The notes beneath the pieces were generated by a model. The model had not been told where the DNA came from. It made no database searches and was given only the letters and a program-made list of their open reading frames with translations. A DNA stretch of 64,000 nt from assembly GCA_045543655.1 (NCBI GenBank), contig JAZPXN010000085.1, forward strand, positions 422 through 64,421, in the 5' to 3' direction. Positions 8,660 to 20,517 of the stretch are shown one piece after another. Source of the DNA: Eubacteriales bacterium (GTDB lineage: Bacteria > Bacillota > Clostridia > Oscillospirales > UBA644). The first letter of the stretch is position 1; each line of letters begins with the position of its first letter. The position numbers and the translations under genes are program-made.

Positions 8660-10663
8660 TTATTCTTCGCTCTTGGGTGCTTCGTCGGAGTCGGAAGGGG
8701 TTTCTGCAGGTTCCGTGACCGATTCTTCCGTTGCTACCTTCTCCTTTTCCACCGTTTCTTCGGCGGGCTTCGCTTCCCCGACGGGGACGTCGTCCGGCTC
8801 TGCGGAGAAGACCTCTGCAGGATCGGTGCCGTCAAGCAGGGCGCGGAACTGATCGCCGGTGATCTTCTCGTGGAGGATCAGCTGCTCTGCGATCACGTGC
8901 AACTGGGGCAGATGCTCTTCCAGAATCTTCTTTGCCCGGGCGTACTGCTCGTCGATAATCCGCTTGATTTCCTCGTCGATGGTGGCGGCCACCTTTTCGG
9001 AATAGGTCTTGGATTCGGCGGTAAAGTCACGGCCCAGGAACACTTCCTCCCGGCCGGTGCCGAAGAGGATGGGACCCAGCTTTTCGGACATGCCGTACCG
9101 CATGACCATCTGGCGGGCAATATCGGTGGCCTGCTGGATATCCCCGGAGGCCCCGGTGGAAATATCGTCGAGGCACAGCTCTTCTGCGGCTCTGCCGCCC
9201 ATGCCGTGAACGATGCGGTCCAGCATTTCCTTCTTGGACATATAGCTCTTATTCTCCACGGGCAGGTAGGAGGTATAACCGCCGGCCATGCCCCGGGGAA
9301 TGATGGAAATTTCGTTTACCTTGCTGTTGCCGTCGGCCACCACGGTGACGATGGCGTGCCCCGCTTCGTGATAAGCGGTCAGCTTCTTTTCCTTATCGGT
9401 GATCAGGCGGGATTTCTTTTCAACCCCCAACTCCACCTTCATGATGGCGTCGGTGATCTCCTCCATGGTGATCTTCTTCCGGTTTGCGCGGGCCGCCAGC
9501 AGAGCCGCCTCGTTCAGTACGTTCTCCAGCTCGGCGGGCGCAAAGCCGGAGGTGGCCTTCGCCACGTCCTCGAAGGAGATCTTGGGATCCATGGGTTTTT
9601 TGCGGGAATGAACCTTCAGGATTTCTTCCCGGGCCTTCACGTCGGGGAGATGAATGACGATCTGACGGTCAAACCGGCCGGGACGGAGCAGTGCGCTGTC
9701 CAGAACGTCGGGGCGGTTGGTGGCCGCCATGACGATGACGCCTTCGTTTTGTTCAAAGCCGTCCATTTCCACCAGCAGCTGGTTCAGCGTCTGTTCCCGT
9801 TCGTCGTTTCCGCCGCCTAAGCCCGCGCCTCTCTGCCGGCCTACGGCGTCGATTTCGTCGATGAAAATGATGCAGGGGGCGTTCTTTTTCGCCTGCTCGA
9901 AGGTATCCCGTACCCGGGAGGCGCCTACGCCCACGTAAAGCTCCACGAAGTCGGAGCCGGAAATGCTGAAGAAGGGGACTCCCGCTTCGCCTGCGGTGGC
10001 CTTGGCCATATAGGTCTTACCGGTGCCCGGAGGGCCCACCATCAGCACGCCCCGGGGAATCCGGGCGCCGAGATCGGTGTATTTCTTGGGATTTTTCAGA
10101 AACTCCACGATCTCCATCAGTTCTTCTTTTTCCTCGTCTGCCCCGGCAACGTCTTTAAAGGTAATGGCGTTTTTGCCGGTATCTGCCAGTCTCAGCTTTG
10201 CGCGGCTGAAGCCCATGGCGCCGTTTTTGCCGCCGCCGGACATCTGCTTCATCATGACCCAGCCGAAGAAGCACACTGCTCCGATGATAAAGACGTAGGG
10301 AATTGCGGTGACCCACAGGGGAATGGACGCCGCCTGCTGGATATCGTAGCCCTCGGCGAGAACGCCGTTGGCCACGGCGGAGTCGATATAGGGCTGAACC
10401 TGATCCAGGAAACGGGCGGTGCTGTAAAGCACGAAGGATTCCTCCTTCGCCTCCGCGCCCTCGGCGGGCTTCAGCTTATAGGTCAGCTTGTTTCCGACGA
10501 TCTCGAATTCCGTGACCTGCTCGGTTTTAAAATAATTGACGATGTCGGAATACTTTGCTTTTTCATTCCGGGTCACGTTGGCGATGAGGGTGGCTGCGAT
10601 AATGCAGATCACGATCAGCACGGCCCAGGAAATGAAACTGCGGATACGGTTGTTTCTGTTCAA
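8660..10663 (-). CDS. ftsH: ATP-dependent zinc metalloprotease FtsH
   Basis: Two TM helices, Walker [29 protein letters not shown] and the HEAGH zinc motif. Confidence 0.97.
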   Translation of the reverse strand: MNRNNRIRSFISWAVLIVICIIAATLIANVTRNEKAKYSDIVNYFKTEQVTEFEIVGNKLTYKLKPAEGAEAKEESFVLYSTARFLDQVQPYIDSAVANGVLAEGYDIQQAASIPLWVTAIPYVFIIGAVCFFGWVMMKQMSGGGKNGAMGFSRAKLRLADTGKNAITFKDVAGADEEKEELMEIVEFLKNPKKYTDLGARIPRGVLMVGPPGTGKTYMAKATAGEAGVPFFSISGSDFVELYVGVGASRVRDTFEQAKKNAPCIIFIDEIDAVGRQRGAGLGGGNDEREQTLNQLLVEMDGFEQNEGVIVMAATNRPDVLDSALLRPGRFDRQIVIHLPDVKAREEILKVHSRKKPMDPKISFEDVAKATSGFAPAELENVLNEAALLAARANRKKITMEEITDAIMKVELGVEKKSRLITDKEKKLTAYHEAGHAIVTVVADGNSKVNEISIIPRGMAGGYTSYLPVENKSYMSKKEMLDRIVHGMGGRAAEELCLDDISTGASGDIQQATDIARQMVMRYGMSEKLGPILFGTGREEVFLGRDFTAESKTYSEKVAATIDEEIKRIIDEQYARAKKILEEHLPQLHVIAEQLILHEKITGDQFRALLDGTDPAEVFSAEPDDVPVGEAKPAEETVEKEKVATEESVTEPAETPSDSDEAPKSEE

Positions 10664-10703
10664 GGGGATTGCCTCCTGTACGTTTGAAGTGGGTTAAAAT
10701 AGG

Positions 10704-11234
10704 TTATTCTTCGATGAATTCCACCATTCCTACGTAGGGCAGATGGCGGTATTTTTCGCTGTAGTCCAGGCCGTATCCCACGACGAATTTGTCGGGAATG
10801 ACGAAGCCGGTATATTCCACGGGAACCACGTGGGTGTGACGGGCGGGCTTGTCGAGCAGGGCGACGACCTTCAGAGAATTGACGCCGCGGCTCCGCAAGA
10901 TCTCCACCACCTTCGAAAGGGTATTTCCGCTGTCCAGAATATCTTCTACGATCAGCACGTCCTTTCCGGCGATATCCACCGAAAGGTCCTTGACGATCTT
11001 CACCCGGCCGCTGGATTCCGTGCCGTCCCCGTAGCTGGAGACGACCATAAAGTCAATGGTAACGTCGCCGTCCACCGCCCGCATCAGGTCGGTGAGGAAC
11101 ACCACCGCGCCCTTCAGGATGGACACCATCAGGATTTCCTTTCCTCTGTAATCTTCGGAGATCTGGGCGGCCAGCTCCTTGACCCGGTTCCGCAGCTCTT
11201 CTTCGGTGATGTAAGGGGTAATTTTGTATTCCAT
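10704..11234 (-). CDS. hpt: Hypoxanthine phosphoribosyltransferase
   Basis: PRPP motif VLIVEDILDSGNTL and FVVGYGLD. Lies in the tilS-hpt-ftsH synteny. Confidence 0.96.
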   Translation of the reverse strand: MEYKITPYITEEELRNRVKELAAQISEDYRGKEILMVSILKGAVVFLTDLMRAVDGDVTIDFMVVSSYGDGTESSGRVKIVKDLSVDIAGKDVLIVEDILDSGNTLSKVVEILRSRGVNSLKVVALLDKPARHTHVVPVEYTGFVIPDKFVVGYGLDYSEKYRHLPYVGMVEFIEE

Positions 11235-11275
11235 AACAGGAATCCTCCGTACGTAATATGAAATATTTTTTTATT

Positions 11276-12544
11276 TTATTGTTCCGAGAGAGAGACGAAA
11301 TATCCCTCTTCCGTATTTTTCGGTAACGCGTCCGGATCGGTTCCGAGTCCTTCGCACCATAAGATGCGGCCTTCCGCGGCAAGAAGCCACAGCCGATCCC
11401 GGTCGGGTTGGGGAATTTTTTCGGCGGCCATGCGATCCGACAGGGTCTTTCCCGTGCCCATCCGATCTCCGGGCTTACGGGGGCGGAGTGTCAGGGGTAA
11501 AACCGCCGGAATCAAGGCTTTTCGGTCGGTCTCCCGGGTGCTTTTCCGTTCCAGTCGCAGGATCCGTCCGTCGGGAAGGCGGGTGATCTCGTCTTTGATC
11601 AAAACCGTGGGCAGGGGGTCTCTCTTTTGAGAAAAGATCAGCCGGTTCTGCCCCAGATGGAGGCGGTATTTCCGGTCGAATTCCACGGAGCCCGTTTCTT
11701 TCTTTAAAAGCTCCAGGGCTTGCTCCGTCTGCTCGAAGGAAAGGGTTTTTCCCATTTCTTCAAATTTTTTCCGCAAGATCTCTGCCCGTTCTCCCTCCGG
11801 CAAGGATCGCAGCTCGTCCGCGGGAAGTCCTTCGGGATGGGTGGCGAGAAAGGCCTCTGCTCGCGCTTCGGCGGCGGCTTGCGTCATGCGCAGGCTTTCT
11901 GCCGTGCGGCACAGGGCTCTTCGGACGTTTGGATTGATCCTTTCCATCTCCGGCAAAAGTAGGTGTCGCACCCGGTTCCGGGTATAGGAAAGATCGTCGT
12001 TCGAGGCGTCGGTCGCGTAGGGGACGGCGTTGTCCCGGCAATAGGCGATCAGCTCGCTTTTCCCGCAGGAAAGCAGGGGACGGACGACGGTCAGAGTTCC
12101 CTCCTTACGGAGGGGAAGGATGCCGCGCAGACCTCTCGCGCCTGCCCCGTGCAGCAGATGAAGCAGCACCGTTTCGCACTGATCGTCCCGGGTATGGGCG
12201 GTGGCCAGATGGGTGGCTCCGGTTTCCTTTGCCACTGACCGGAAAAAAGCGTAGCGGATGCGCCGGGCGGCGGATTCCACCGTTTCCCCCTTTTGCATTT
12301 CCCTTTTTACGTCGGCCCTGCGGACGAAGCAGGGGATGCCGTGCGCCTCGCAATAGTCCCGCACCAGGGCTTCTTCTCCGTCGGACTCCGGCCTGAGGCC
12401 GTGGTTGACGTGGGCCACCGTTAGGGGAAAGGGGGGACGGGCTTTTACGTGCTGATCCAGCATGGCCATGGAGTCCGGCCCGCCGGAGACGGCTAACAGT
12501 AAACCCTTGCAGCCCTCGTAAAGGGGCGTCGGATCAGTTGCCAT
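11276..12544 (-). CDS. tilS: tRNA(Ile)-lysidine synthetase
   Basis: PP-loop AVSGGPDS and motifs HVNHGLR, ATAHTRDDQCET and YTRNRVR. Confidence 0.95.
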   Translation of the reverse strand: MATDPTPLYEGCKGLLLAVSGGPDSMAMLDQHVKARPPFPLTVAHVNHGLRPESDGEEALVRDYCEAHGIPCFVRRADVKREMQKGETVESAARRIRYAFFRSVAKETGATHLATAHTRDDQCETVLLHLLHGAGARGLRGILPLRKEGTLTVVRPLLSCGKSELIAYCRDNAVPYATDASNDDLSYTRNRVRHLLLPEMERINPNVRRALCRTAESLRMTQAAAEARAEAFLATHPEGLPADELRSLPEGERAEILRKKFEEMGKTLSFEQTEQALELLKKETGSVEFDRKYRLHLGQNRLIFSQKRDPLPTVLIKDEITRLPDGRILRLERKSTRETDRKALIPAVLPLTLRPRKPGDRMGTGKTLSDRMAAEKIPQPDRDRLWLLAAEGRILWCEGLGTDPDALPKNTEEGYFVSLSEQ

Positions 12545-13910
12545 CGCCGTAGCCCTCCGGCACGGTCACGTGGGTCGCCGGGGAGGTAAAGGCCGTATAC
12601 CGGCCGTCCCAGTTCAGGGTGATCTTCCCGACGGAGCCGTGGCGGTTTTTGGAAATATGCACCACGCAGGTGTTCTTCTTGGAAGCGTCTTTTTCGTAAT
12701 AGTCCCGGGCAAGGAAGACGATGACGTCGGCGTCCTGCTCGATGGACCCCGATTCCCGCAGGTCGGACAGCTGGGGGGTGGGATCCTCTCGCTTTTCAAT
12801 TCCGCGGGACAGCTGGGACAGTAGAATAACGGGGACGTTCAATTCTTTCGCCATCAGCTTCAAGGATCGGGTGATGGCGGAAATTTCCTGCACCCGGTTA
12901 TCCCGGGCAGATCCGGTGGCGGAAGACATCAGCTGCAGATAGTCGATGACCACCAGCCCCAGATTGGGAACCTTCCGCAGCTGGGATTTCATATCCAGCG
13001 CCGTGATGTTTCCGGTTTCGCTGATCAGGAACTTGATATCCCGCAGATTGGTGCGCCATACCCGCAGCAATTCCTCCCAATCCTTTGCGTCCAGCTTGCC
13101 GAGGCGAAGCTTTTCGCTCTCGATCTTGCAGGCCGAGGAGATGATTCGGCGGGCCAGCTGCTCTTTGGACATTTCCAAAGAAAAGAATACCACCGTTTTT
13201 GGGGGATTGTATTGCGAAGACATGGCAATATTGTAAGCAATATTCAACGCAAAAGAGGTTTTCCCCACGCCGGGGCGGGCGGCGAGGATGAAGAGGTCGC
13301 TGTTGTTCAGACCGCCTAAGAAATTATCGAAATCGGAAATGCCCACCTTAATGGGAGCGAATTTCCCGGTCTCGTCCTTTTCCATTTCGGTCAACCGCCC
13401 GATCTCTCCCTTTGCCACGTCTCCCAGCAGGTGAAGGCCGGTATTCTGCTTTCCGTTGGAGATATCGTAAAATTTCTGCTCCGCAAGGCCCAGCACCGTA
13501 GAAAGATCCGTGCCTGTAAAGGACAGGTCCGTAATATCCTTGCAGGCCTCGATGACCTGCCGCAGCTTGGCGGTATCGGAAATAATTTTGGTGTAATAGT
13601 CAATGCTCTTGACCGTGGAGGCGTTCTCCGCCAGGAGCAGGAGATATTGGCTGTCGTCTTCGGAGGTGAATTCGCCCTCCTCCCGGAGTCTGGACAGCAC
13701 CAATACCCCTTCCACGGGCTGATTGTTGTCGTACATTTCCAGCATCACGCGGAAGATGGCCTGATGCCGCTTTGCGTAAAAATGCTCCACCTGTACCGCT
13801 TCGGAGACCGTCGCAATGCTTTCCGGGTCCAGAAGGACCGAGCCCAGAACGATCTGCTCCGCCTCGATATTATGGGGCAATTGCCGGTCAAATTCGTATT
13901 TCTGTTCCAT
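12534..13910 (-). CDS. dnaB: Replicative DNA helicase
   Basis: Motifs PHNIEAEQ, AARPGVGKT, FSLEMS, IDYLQL and SDLRESGSIEQDAD. Confidence 0.97.
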   Translation of the reverse strand: MEQKYEFDRQLPHNIEAEQIVLGSVLLDPESIATVSEAVQVEHFYAKRHQAIFRVMLEMYDNNQPVEGVLVLSRLREEGEFTSEDDSQYLLLLAENASTVKSIDYYTKIISDTAKLRQVIEACKDITDLSFTGTDLSTVLGLAEQKFYDISNGKQNTGLHLLGDVAKGEIGRLTEMEKDETGKFAPIKVGISDFDNFLGGLNNSDLFILAARPGVGKTSFALNIAYNIAMSSQYNPPKTVVFFSLEMSKEQLARRIISSACKIESEKLRLGKLDAKDWEELLRVWRTNLRDIKFLISETGNITALDMKSQLRKVPNLGLVVIDYLQLMSSATGSARDNRVQEISAITRSLKLMAKELNVPVILLSQLSRGIEKREDPTPQLSDLRESGSIEQDADVIVFLARDYYEKDASKKNTCVVHISKNRHGSVGKITLNWDGRYTAFTSPATHVTVPEGYGDGN

Positions 13911-13969
13911 GGATTATATTCTTTCTGCGCCCGTGTGGGGCGTTATTTGCAGTGGTAACGATTCCGGCG

Positions 13970-14350
13970 TCAGTCGACGGGATCGAGATCTAAGGGCTTG
14001 TCTCCCTCCAGCTCCAATCGGTAGGTTCCGTCTGCAACGACCCGGGCAAGGATGGTGAAGAAGAGATAATCTCCCGTCTTCATTCCGCTCAGATCCACCT
14101 TCCCCGTCTGCAGATCTCCGGCAGGTCCGGTCAGCTTCCATTGCAGGAAATCGTCGCTCCACAAGATCCCCGGACGGCGGTAGACCATGCGGATCCGGAC
14201 CGTGATGCCTAAAAGTCCGTTTTCGTCCAGGTGGCGGGCGGTCTTGACGCCGAGATAGCGGGTTTTCGTCATGAAGCCGTCCCGGAAGACCGCTTCCATG
14301 ATCCTGCTGTCGGAGACGACCCGGATCTGCAATCGCTTCGGATTAGGCAT
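13970..14350 (-). CDS. Hypothetical protein (126 aa)
   Basis: The ORF fills the gap between rplI and dnaB and overlaps the rplI stop. No recognisable motif. Confidence 0.6.
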   Translation of the reverse strand: MPNPKRLQIRVVSDSRIMEAVFRDGFMTKTRYLGVKTARHLDENGLLGITVRIRMVYRRPGILWSDDFLQWKLTGPAGDLQTGKVDLSGMKTGDYLFFTILARVVADGTYRLELEGDKPLDLDPVD

Positions 14351-14792
14351 CCTGCTCTACCAGAACGGTCATTTCTCCTGTGATTTCCGGATACAGCTTG
14401 ACGTCTGCGGTGTATTTGCCAAAGCCCCGGACGGGCAGCTTCATGGAGATCTTTTTCTTGTCCACTTCAATCCCGGTCTGGGCCTTCAGGGCTTCTGCGA
14501 TATCCTTGGTGGTCACGGATCCCTGCAGGCATCCGTTTGCCCCCACCTTGCCCTTGACGACTACCTTGACGGTGGAGAGCCGGGCCCGCATTTCTTCCGC
14601 GGCTTTCTTTTCCTCCGCTTTCCGATGGGCGGCGGCCGCTTGCTGGGAATTGTAAACGTTCAGATTCTCCGCATTGGCTTCCACGGCCAGATTGCGGGGG
14701 AAGAGGTAATTGCGGGCGTATCCGTCGGAGGTGTTGACCAGTTCGCCCTTCTTGCCGAGGGCTTTGACGTCGGCTTTCAAAATAACTTTCAT
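14343..14792 (-). CDS. rplI: 50S ribosomal protein L9
   Basis: Sequence [32 protein letters not shown]. Confidence 0.97.
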   Translation of the reverse strand: MKVILKADVKALGKKGELVNTSDGYARNYLFPRNLAVEANAENLNVYNSQQAAAAHRKAEEKKAAEEMRARLSTVKVVVKGKVGANGCLQGSVTTKDIAEALKAQTGIEVDKKKISMKLPVRGFGKYTADVKLYPEITGEMTVLVEQDA

Positions 14793-14819
14793 ATTATTTC
14801 ATCCTTTCGGGTTTTCGTT

Positions 14820-16796
14820 TTATTTCAGGGGGCTTCCCGGCAGGGATTCCTCCAGATATTCGTCAATATATCCTTTCAGCTGAGCCATCGCTTCGTTGAC
14901 GCCGGTCTTTTCGGCCAACGCCCCCGCCATGGTCAGATGTCCGCCGCCGTTCTTGAATTTTTCCAGAATCAGCTGCACGTTCACCTCTCCGTAAGAGCGG
15001 CCGGAAATATTGGTGTTGCCGTTCTTGTCGGTGAAGAGGGTGAAGGACGCCTTTGCATTTTCGATGGACATCATCTCGTCGGCGGCCTGGGCGGCGGCGA
15101 TCTTCAGATTCCCGACGCCCTCTCCGGAAAGATGGGCGATGGCGAAATTCCTCCGGTACAGCTCCGCTGCCGAGACGAATTTGACCTTATTGAGATAGGT
15201 ATCCATATCGGTCTGGAAATATTGCTTCACCGTTACCGTATCTGCGCCTGCCTTCCGCAGGGTTGCCAGAGCGTCGAAGGTGCAGGTGTTGGTGCGGATG
15301 GTGAAATTCTTGGTGTCCAGACAGATGCCGGCCATCAGGGCGTTGGCTTCGATGGCGGGGAAGGAATAGACTTCCATGTAATGGAAGAGCTCCGTGATCA
15401 TTTCGCAGGTAGAAGAGGCGTAGGGCTCCTGGTAGAGCAGCGTCGGCTCCTGGATGCAATCCACGCCCTTCCGGTGATGGTCGATGACGTAGACGGTTTT
15501 TGCCTTCTTCAGAATCTCCGGCGCTACCGTATTTTCCGCCCGATGGGTGTCTACTACCACCACGGCGGTCTTTTTGCCCAGATAATCCGGGGCTTCCTTC
15601 CGGTTAATGAACCATTCGCTGTGGACGGGATCGGATTTCAGATCGTGCAGAAGCCGGCCGGTCAGGTCGGTCGCTTCGTCCACGACGATCTTCGCTTCGA
15701 TGCCCCGCTGACTGGCAATGCGCGCCATTCCAACCGCGGCTCCGAGACAGTCCATATCGCCGTAGGCGTGGCCCATGATCAGCAGGGTGTCGATCTCCTT
15801 CAGATGCTCGGTCAAGGCGTTTGCGATGACCCGGGTCTTCACCCGCGTGCGGCGGGCTCCCGCGTTGCTCCGTCCTCCGTAGAAGGTGTACCCGCCGGCG
15901 TGCTTCACCGCCGCCTGGTCTCCGCCCCGGGAGAGGGCCATATCCAAGGCTCCCCGGGCCGCTTCCTCCGCCTTTGCAAAGCTTTCCGCATCGGCGCCCA
16001 CGCCGATGGACAGCGTGGGGGACAGCTTGGAGGGAGTCTGCATATTACGGATGCGATCCATGATGTCAAAGCGGGCCTTCTCAAATTCCTTCAACGCCCG
16101 GTTTTCGAAGACGAACAGATACCGTTCCCGCTCCCCGTGGCAGAGAATGCCCCCGGAGGCCTGAGCCCATTCGTCGATGGTTTCGTCGATCAGAGCCATG
16201 GCGTTGGAGCGCTCGGTCTCCTTCAGCCCGGTGAATACCTCGTCGTAGTTGTCCACCATCAGATGGGCTACCACCGGACGGGATGCTTCGTATTCCTTCT
16301 GCAATTCCCGATGCTCGGTGGTGTCGAAGAGATAAAAGATGAACATTTCGCTGTTCTCGCTGAACTGGTAACAATCCATGAAGGCGGAATAGCTTTTGCC
16401 GTCGAAGTCCAGATCGGTGATCCGCTGATCGAGGATCCGCTTGTTCAATTGACGGACGTTGTGCAGGGCTAGCAGGGCCTGCTCCGAGGTGGCGTCGATA
16501 AAGGCCTCGTTGTACCAGAGGATAATGCCTTTTTCATCGGATATGACGATGGGAACGGGAAAATCCACCAGCCTCTTTTGGGAGGTCATGTTCAGCATAT
16601 CCACGATGGCGTGGGCCAGCTTTTTCTTTTTCCGACCCGAGAAGAAAAGTCGGATCTCGTTTGCCAGAATGCAGGTGGCAAACAGGGCGCAAAGGGGCAC
16701 CCAGACCGTCCGGTCCGTGGTCAGTCCCGCCCAGATCCCGCCGGGGATCAGGAAGAGATAGCAGAGCCGGTCAAAAAATGGGCTGAGCCGTTTCAT
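14820..16796 (-). CDS. gdpP: c-di-AMP phosphodiesterase GdpP (PAS, degenerate GGDEF, DHH/DHHA1)
   Basis: Two TM helices and motifs DNYDE, RGGDQ, IMGH...DMD, VIDHHR and GGGH. Upstream of rplI, as is typical. Confidence 0.92.
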   Translation of the reverse strand: MKRLSPFFDRLCYLFLIPGGIWAGLTTDRTVWVPLCALFATCILANEIRLFFSGRKKKKLAHAIVDMLNMTSQKRLVDFPVPIVISDEKGIILWYNEAFIDATSEQALLALHNVRQLNKRILDQRITDLDFDGKSYSAFMDCYQFSENSEMFIFYLFDTTEHRELQKEYEASRPVVAHLMVDNYDEVFTGLKETERSNAMALIDETIDEWAQASGGILCHGERERYLFVFENRALKEFEKARFDIMDRIRNMQTPSKLSPTLSIGVGADAESFAKAEEAARGALDMALSRGGDQAAVKHAGGYTFYGGRSNAGARRTRVKTRVIANALTEHLKEIDTLLIMGHAYGDMDCLGAAVGMARIASQRGIEAKIVVDEATDLTGRLLHDLKSDPVHSEWFINRKEAPDYLGKKTAVVVVDTHRAENTVAPEILKKAKTVYVIDHHRKGVDCIQEPTLLYQEPYASSTCEMITELFHYMEVYSFPAIEANALMAGICLDTKNFTIRTNTCTFDALATLRKAGADTVTVKQYFQTDMDTYLNKVKFVSAAELYRRNFAIAHLSGEGVGNLKIAAAQAADEMMSIENAKASFTLFTDKNGNTNISGRSYGEVNVQLILEKFKNGGGHLTMAGALAEKTGVNEAMAQLKGYIDEYLEESLPGSPLK

Positions 16797-17914
16797 AGAT
16801 AAGTCCCACCTCCGAAGGTTTTCCGCAGATCCCGTCCGGCCGAGAAAAGCCCCAGCAGGACCAGGATCGATCCGCCGCAGGACGAGACGCTGACCGCTAC
16901 CGTGGCAAGGATCAGGAAAATTCTGCCTGCCTTAGCGCGCACGCGGGTGTTGATAACGTAGAGGATCAAAGAGAATCCGGCGTAGGTCAATACCGCCGAC
17001 AGCACCGTCACCACGTTCATGGCGGCGATCTGGAATCCCGATCCGGGTTCGGTCAGAAGATTTGCGATGACGAAGAGAAGATACAGCGTGGGAAGGATCC
17101 TTCCGGGCACGTAGCCGTCGATGCGCCCCATGTATTTCACTTCCGTATTCCGGGTTCGCATCAGGATGGCCTTCATGCCCCACCAGGTGGCACAGCAAAG
17201 GACGAGGACGGCCACCGCAAAGACCGAGGGCATCACGCTCAACAGGGTATCCACTGCGTTTTTTGCAAATTCTTCGGGGGAATAGGCCGAGAGAAAATCC
17301 GTCAGCGAGGTTCCGTCGGGCAAGGGGATGGGCTCCTTTTGCGCGGCGGCGGAAAGCTCCGCAAAAACGGTGGAAAAGGCGTTCCCGATCACGTCGGTCA
17401 GCCGGGTATAGCAGTATTTGAGATCAAAGGTATTTCCGGGAGAAGAGACCCAGACCTGCAACGCGCCCGCAATGCCGGTCAGCACCGACGCAGAGATCAG
17501 TCCGGTCTGCATGGAGAGACCGAATTCCTGCCGCCCCAGCACGCAGGCCACCAGGGGGAATCCGACGCCGCCCCAGGTGAAGAGCACGAGAAGGCCGACG
17601 AGAGGGGATTTGGTGATCAGCCCCGCCGCCACCGCCAACAGCAGCGCAAGAAGGGCGGGGAGGATGGGGACGCGAAAGGCCTGTACGTCGATCTCTTCCG
17701 GTTCATCTTCGGAAAAGTTTGCCATGGGATTGCTCCGGCGGACGGTTTTCGATTCGGTTCCGCAGACGATCCCGGCGGCGAAGAAGGCGTTTGCCGCAAC
17801 GCACAGCACGCCCCAGAGCAGAATCATGCCCAGAAGGAGGGCCCCCGTTCCCAGCAGAGCGCAGACCGCGCCCAGGACGGGATATAAAATTTTCGGATCT
17901 TTTATAAGCTTCAT
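16793..17914 (-). CDS. Polytopic membrane protein, YybS/DUF2232-like
   Basis: Multiple hydrophobic helices. Overlaps the gdpP start at the position YybS occupies in Firmicutes. Confidence 0.65.
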   Translation of the reverse strand: MKLIKDPKILYPVLGAVCALLGTGALLLGMILLWGVLCVAANAFFAAGIVCGTESKTVRRSNPMANFSEDEPEEIDVQAFRVPILPALLALLLAVAAGLITKSPLVGLLVLFTWGGVGFPLVACVLGRQEFGLSMQTGLISASVLTGIAGALQVWVSSPGNTFDLKYCYTRLTDVIGNAFSTVFAELSAAAQKEPIPLPDGTSLTDFLSAYSPEEFAKNAVDTLLSVMPSVFAVAVLVLCCATWWGMKAILMRTRNTEVKYMGRIDGYVPGRILPTLYLLFVIANLLTEPGSGFQIAAMNVVTVLSAVLTYAGFSLILYVINTRVRAKAGRIFLILATVAVSVSSCGGSILVLLGLFSAGRDLRKTFGGGTYL

Positions 17915-17985
17915 GAATGATAACTCCGGTTTCCGTCCCTCGGCACGGGGACTTACAGGATTTTCGTGATATAAGAGTACTAAAT

Positions 17986-18014
17986 ATTATACTATATATT
18001 ATAGCCAATGTCAA
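17986..18014 (-). promoter_or_regulatory. Consensus sigma-A promoter for the DUF2232-gdpP-rplI-dnaB operon
   Basis: The minus strand reads TTGACA-17 bp-TATAAT. Confidence 0.8.
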
Positions 18015-18115
18015 GCCCACCCCGCAAAAAACCATAAAATGTTAAGAAAATACCGAAAATTCAAGGCCGTCGGGGGGATTCATGAAAATGACACAAAGTG
18101 TTTACAATTTATCCA

Positions 18116-18144
18116 TTGAAAAAGCGGAAAATAATGGATATAAT
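18116..18144 (+). promoter_or_regulatory. Sigma-A promoter of groESL
   Basis: TTGAAA-17 bp-TATAAT directly upstream of the CIRCE element. Confidence 0.75.
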
Positions 18145-18148
18145 AGTT

Positions 18149-18175
18149 TTAGCACTTAAACCGCGAGAGTGCTAA
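18149..18175 (+). promoter_or_regulatory. CIRCE element (HrcA operator)
   Basis: TTAGCACTT-N9-GAGTGCTAA, one mismatch to TTAGCACTC-N9-GAGTGCTAA, upstream of groES. Confidence 0.93.
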
Positions 18176-18199
18176 TTTGAAAAAATTACATTACATTGA

Positions 18200-18499
<300 letters not shown>

Positions 18500-18511
18500 G
18501 GAGTTGACTGA

Positions 18512-20155
<1,644 letters not shown>

Positions 20156-20180
20156 TCCGCATAAAGCCTCACCGTAAAGC

Positions 20181-20213
20181 GCCTCCCGACGGTTCTCCGC
20201 CGGGAGGCTTTTT
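20181..20213 (+). terminator. Intrinsic terminator after groEL
   Basis: GCCTCCCG...CGGGAGGC followed by TTTTT. Confidence 0.8.
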
Positions 20214-20256
20214 CTCGCCTATGACCGATGTGAAATGTTGTATTTGCCTTTCGGAC

Positions 20257-20285
20257 TTGACAAATCTTCTTATTTGTGGTATAAT
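20257..20285 (+). promoter_or_regulatory. Consensus sigma-A promoter ~230 nt upstream of the CNNM gene
   Basis: TTGACA-17 bp-TATAAT with an extended -10 TG. Confidence 0.85.
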
Positions 20286-20319
20286 ATTGCTCAACGACAG
20301 GAATTATTTCCTACTATGA

Positions 20320-20472
20320 AAGAGACGGTGAGAGCGGAATGGACGATTGCGGCAGTAGGACGGGGGGAGACCCCCTGCCTCAGGTTGCACACCATCTGCT
20401 TTTATAAGAGAAACGAGCGTACCTTATGGCTCTCGAGAAGGGGCATAGGGTGGGCTCGTATTTGTCTTTTTT
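20320..20472 (+). ncRNA. Candidate cis-regulatory leader RNA or attenuator
   Basis: AGACGGTG (20323-20330) can pair with CACCATCT (20390-20397) around a GGGGG-GAGA-CCCCC hairpin. A long ACGAGC...GCTCGT hairpin and a U-rich tract follow, before the RBS. Confidence 0.5.
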
Positions 20473-20517
20473 AAGCGATTTTTACGGAATACGGTTCATT
20501 ATAAGGAGAATTTTGAA

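Noticed and set aside
20286..20517. The leader as a T-box or a known metal riboswitch
   Set aside because: It lacks the GGTGGNACCGCG T-box and the consensus cores I know for M-box, yybP-ykoY, NiCo and fluoride riboswitches. It is kept only as an unassigned candidate.
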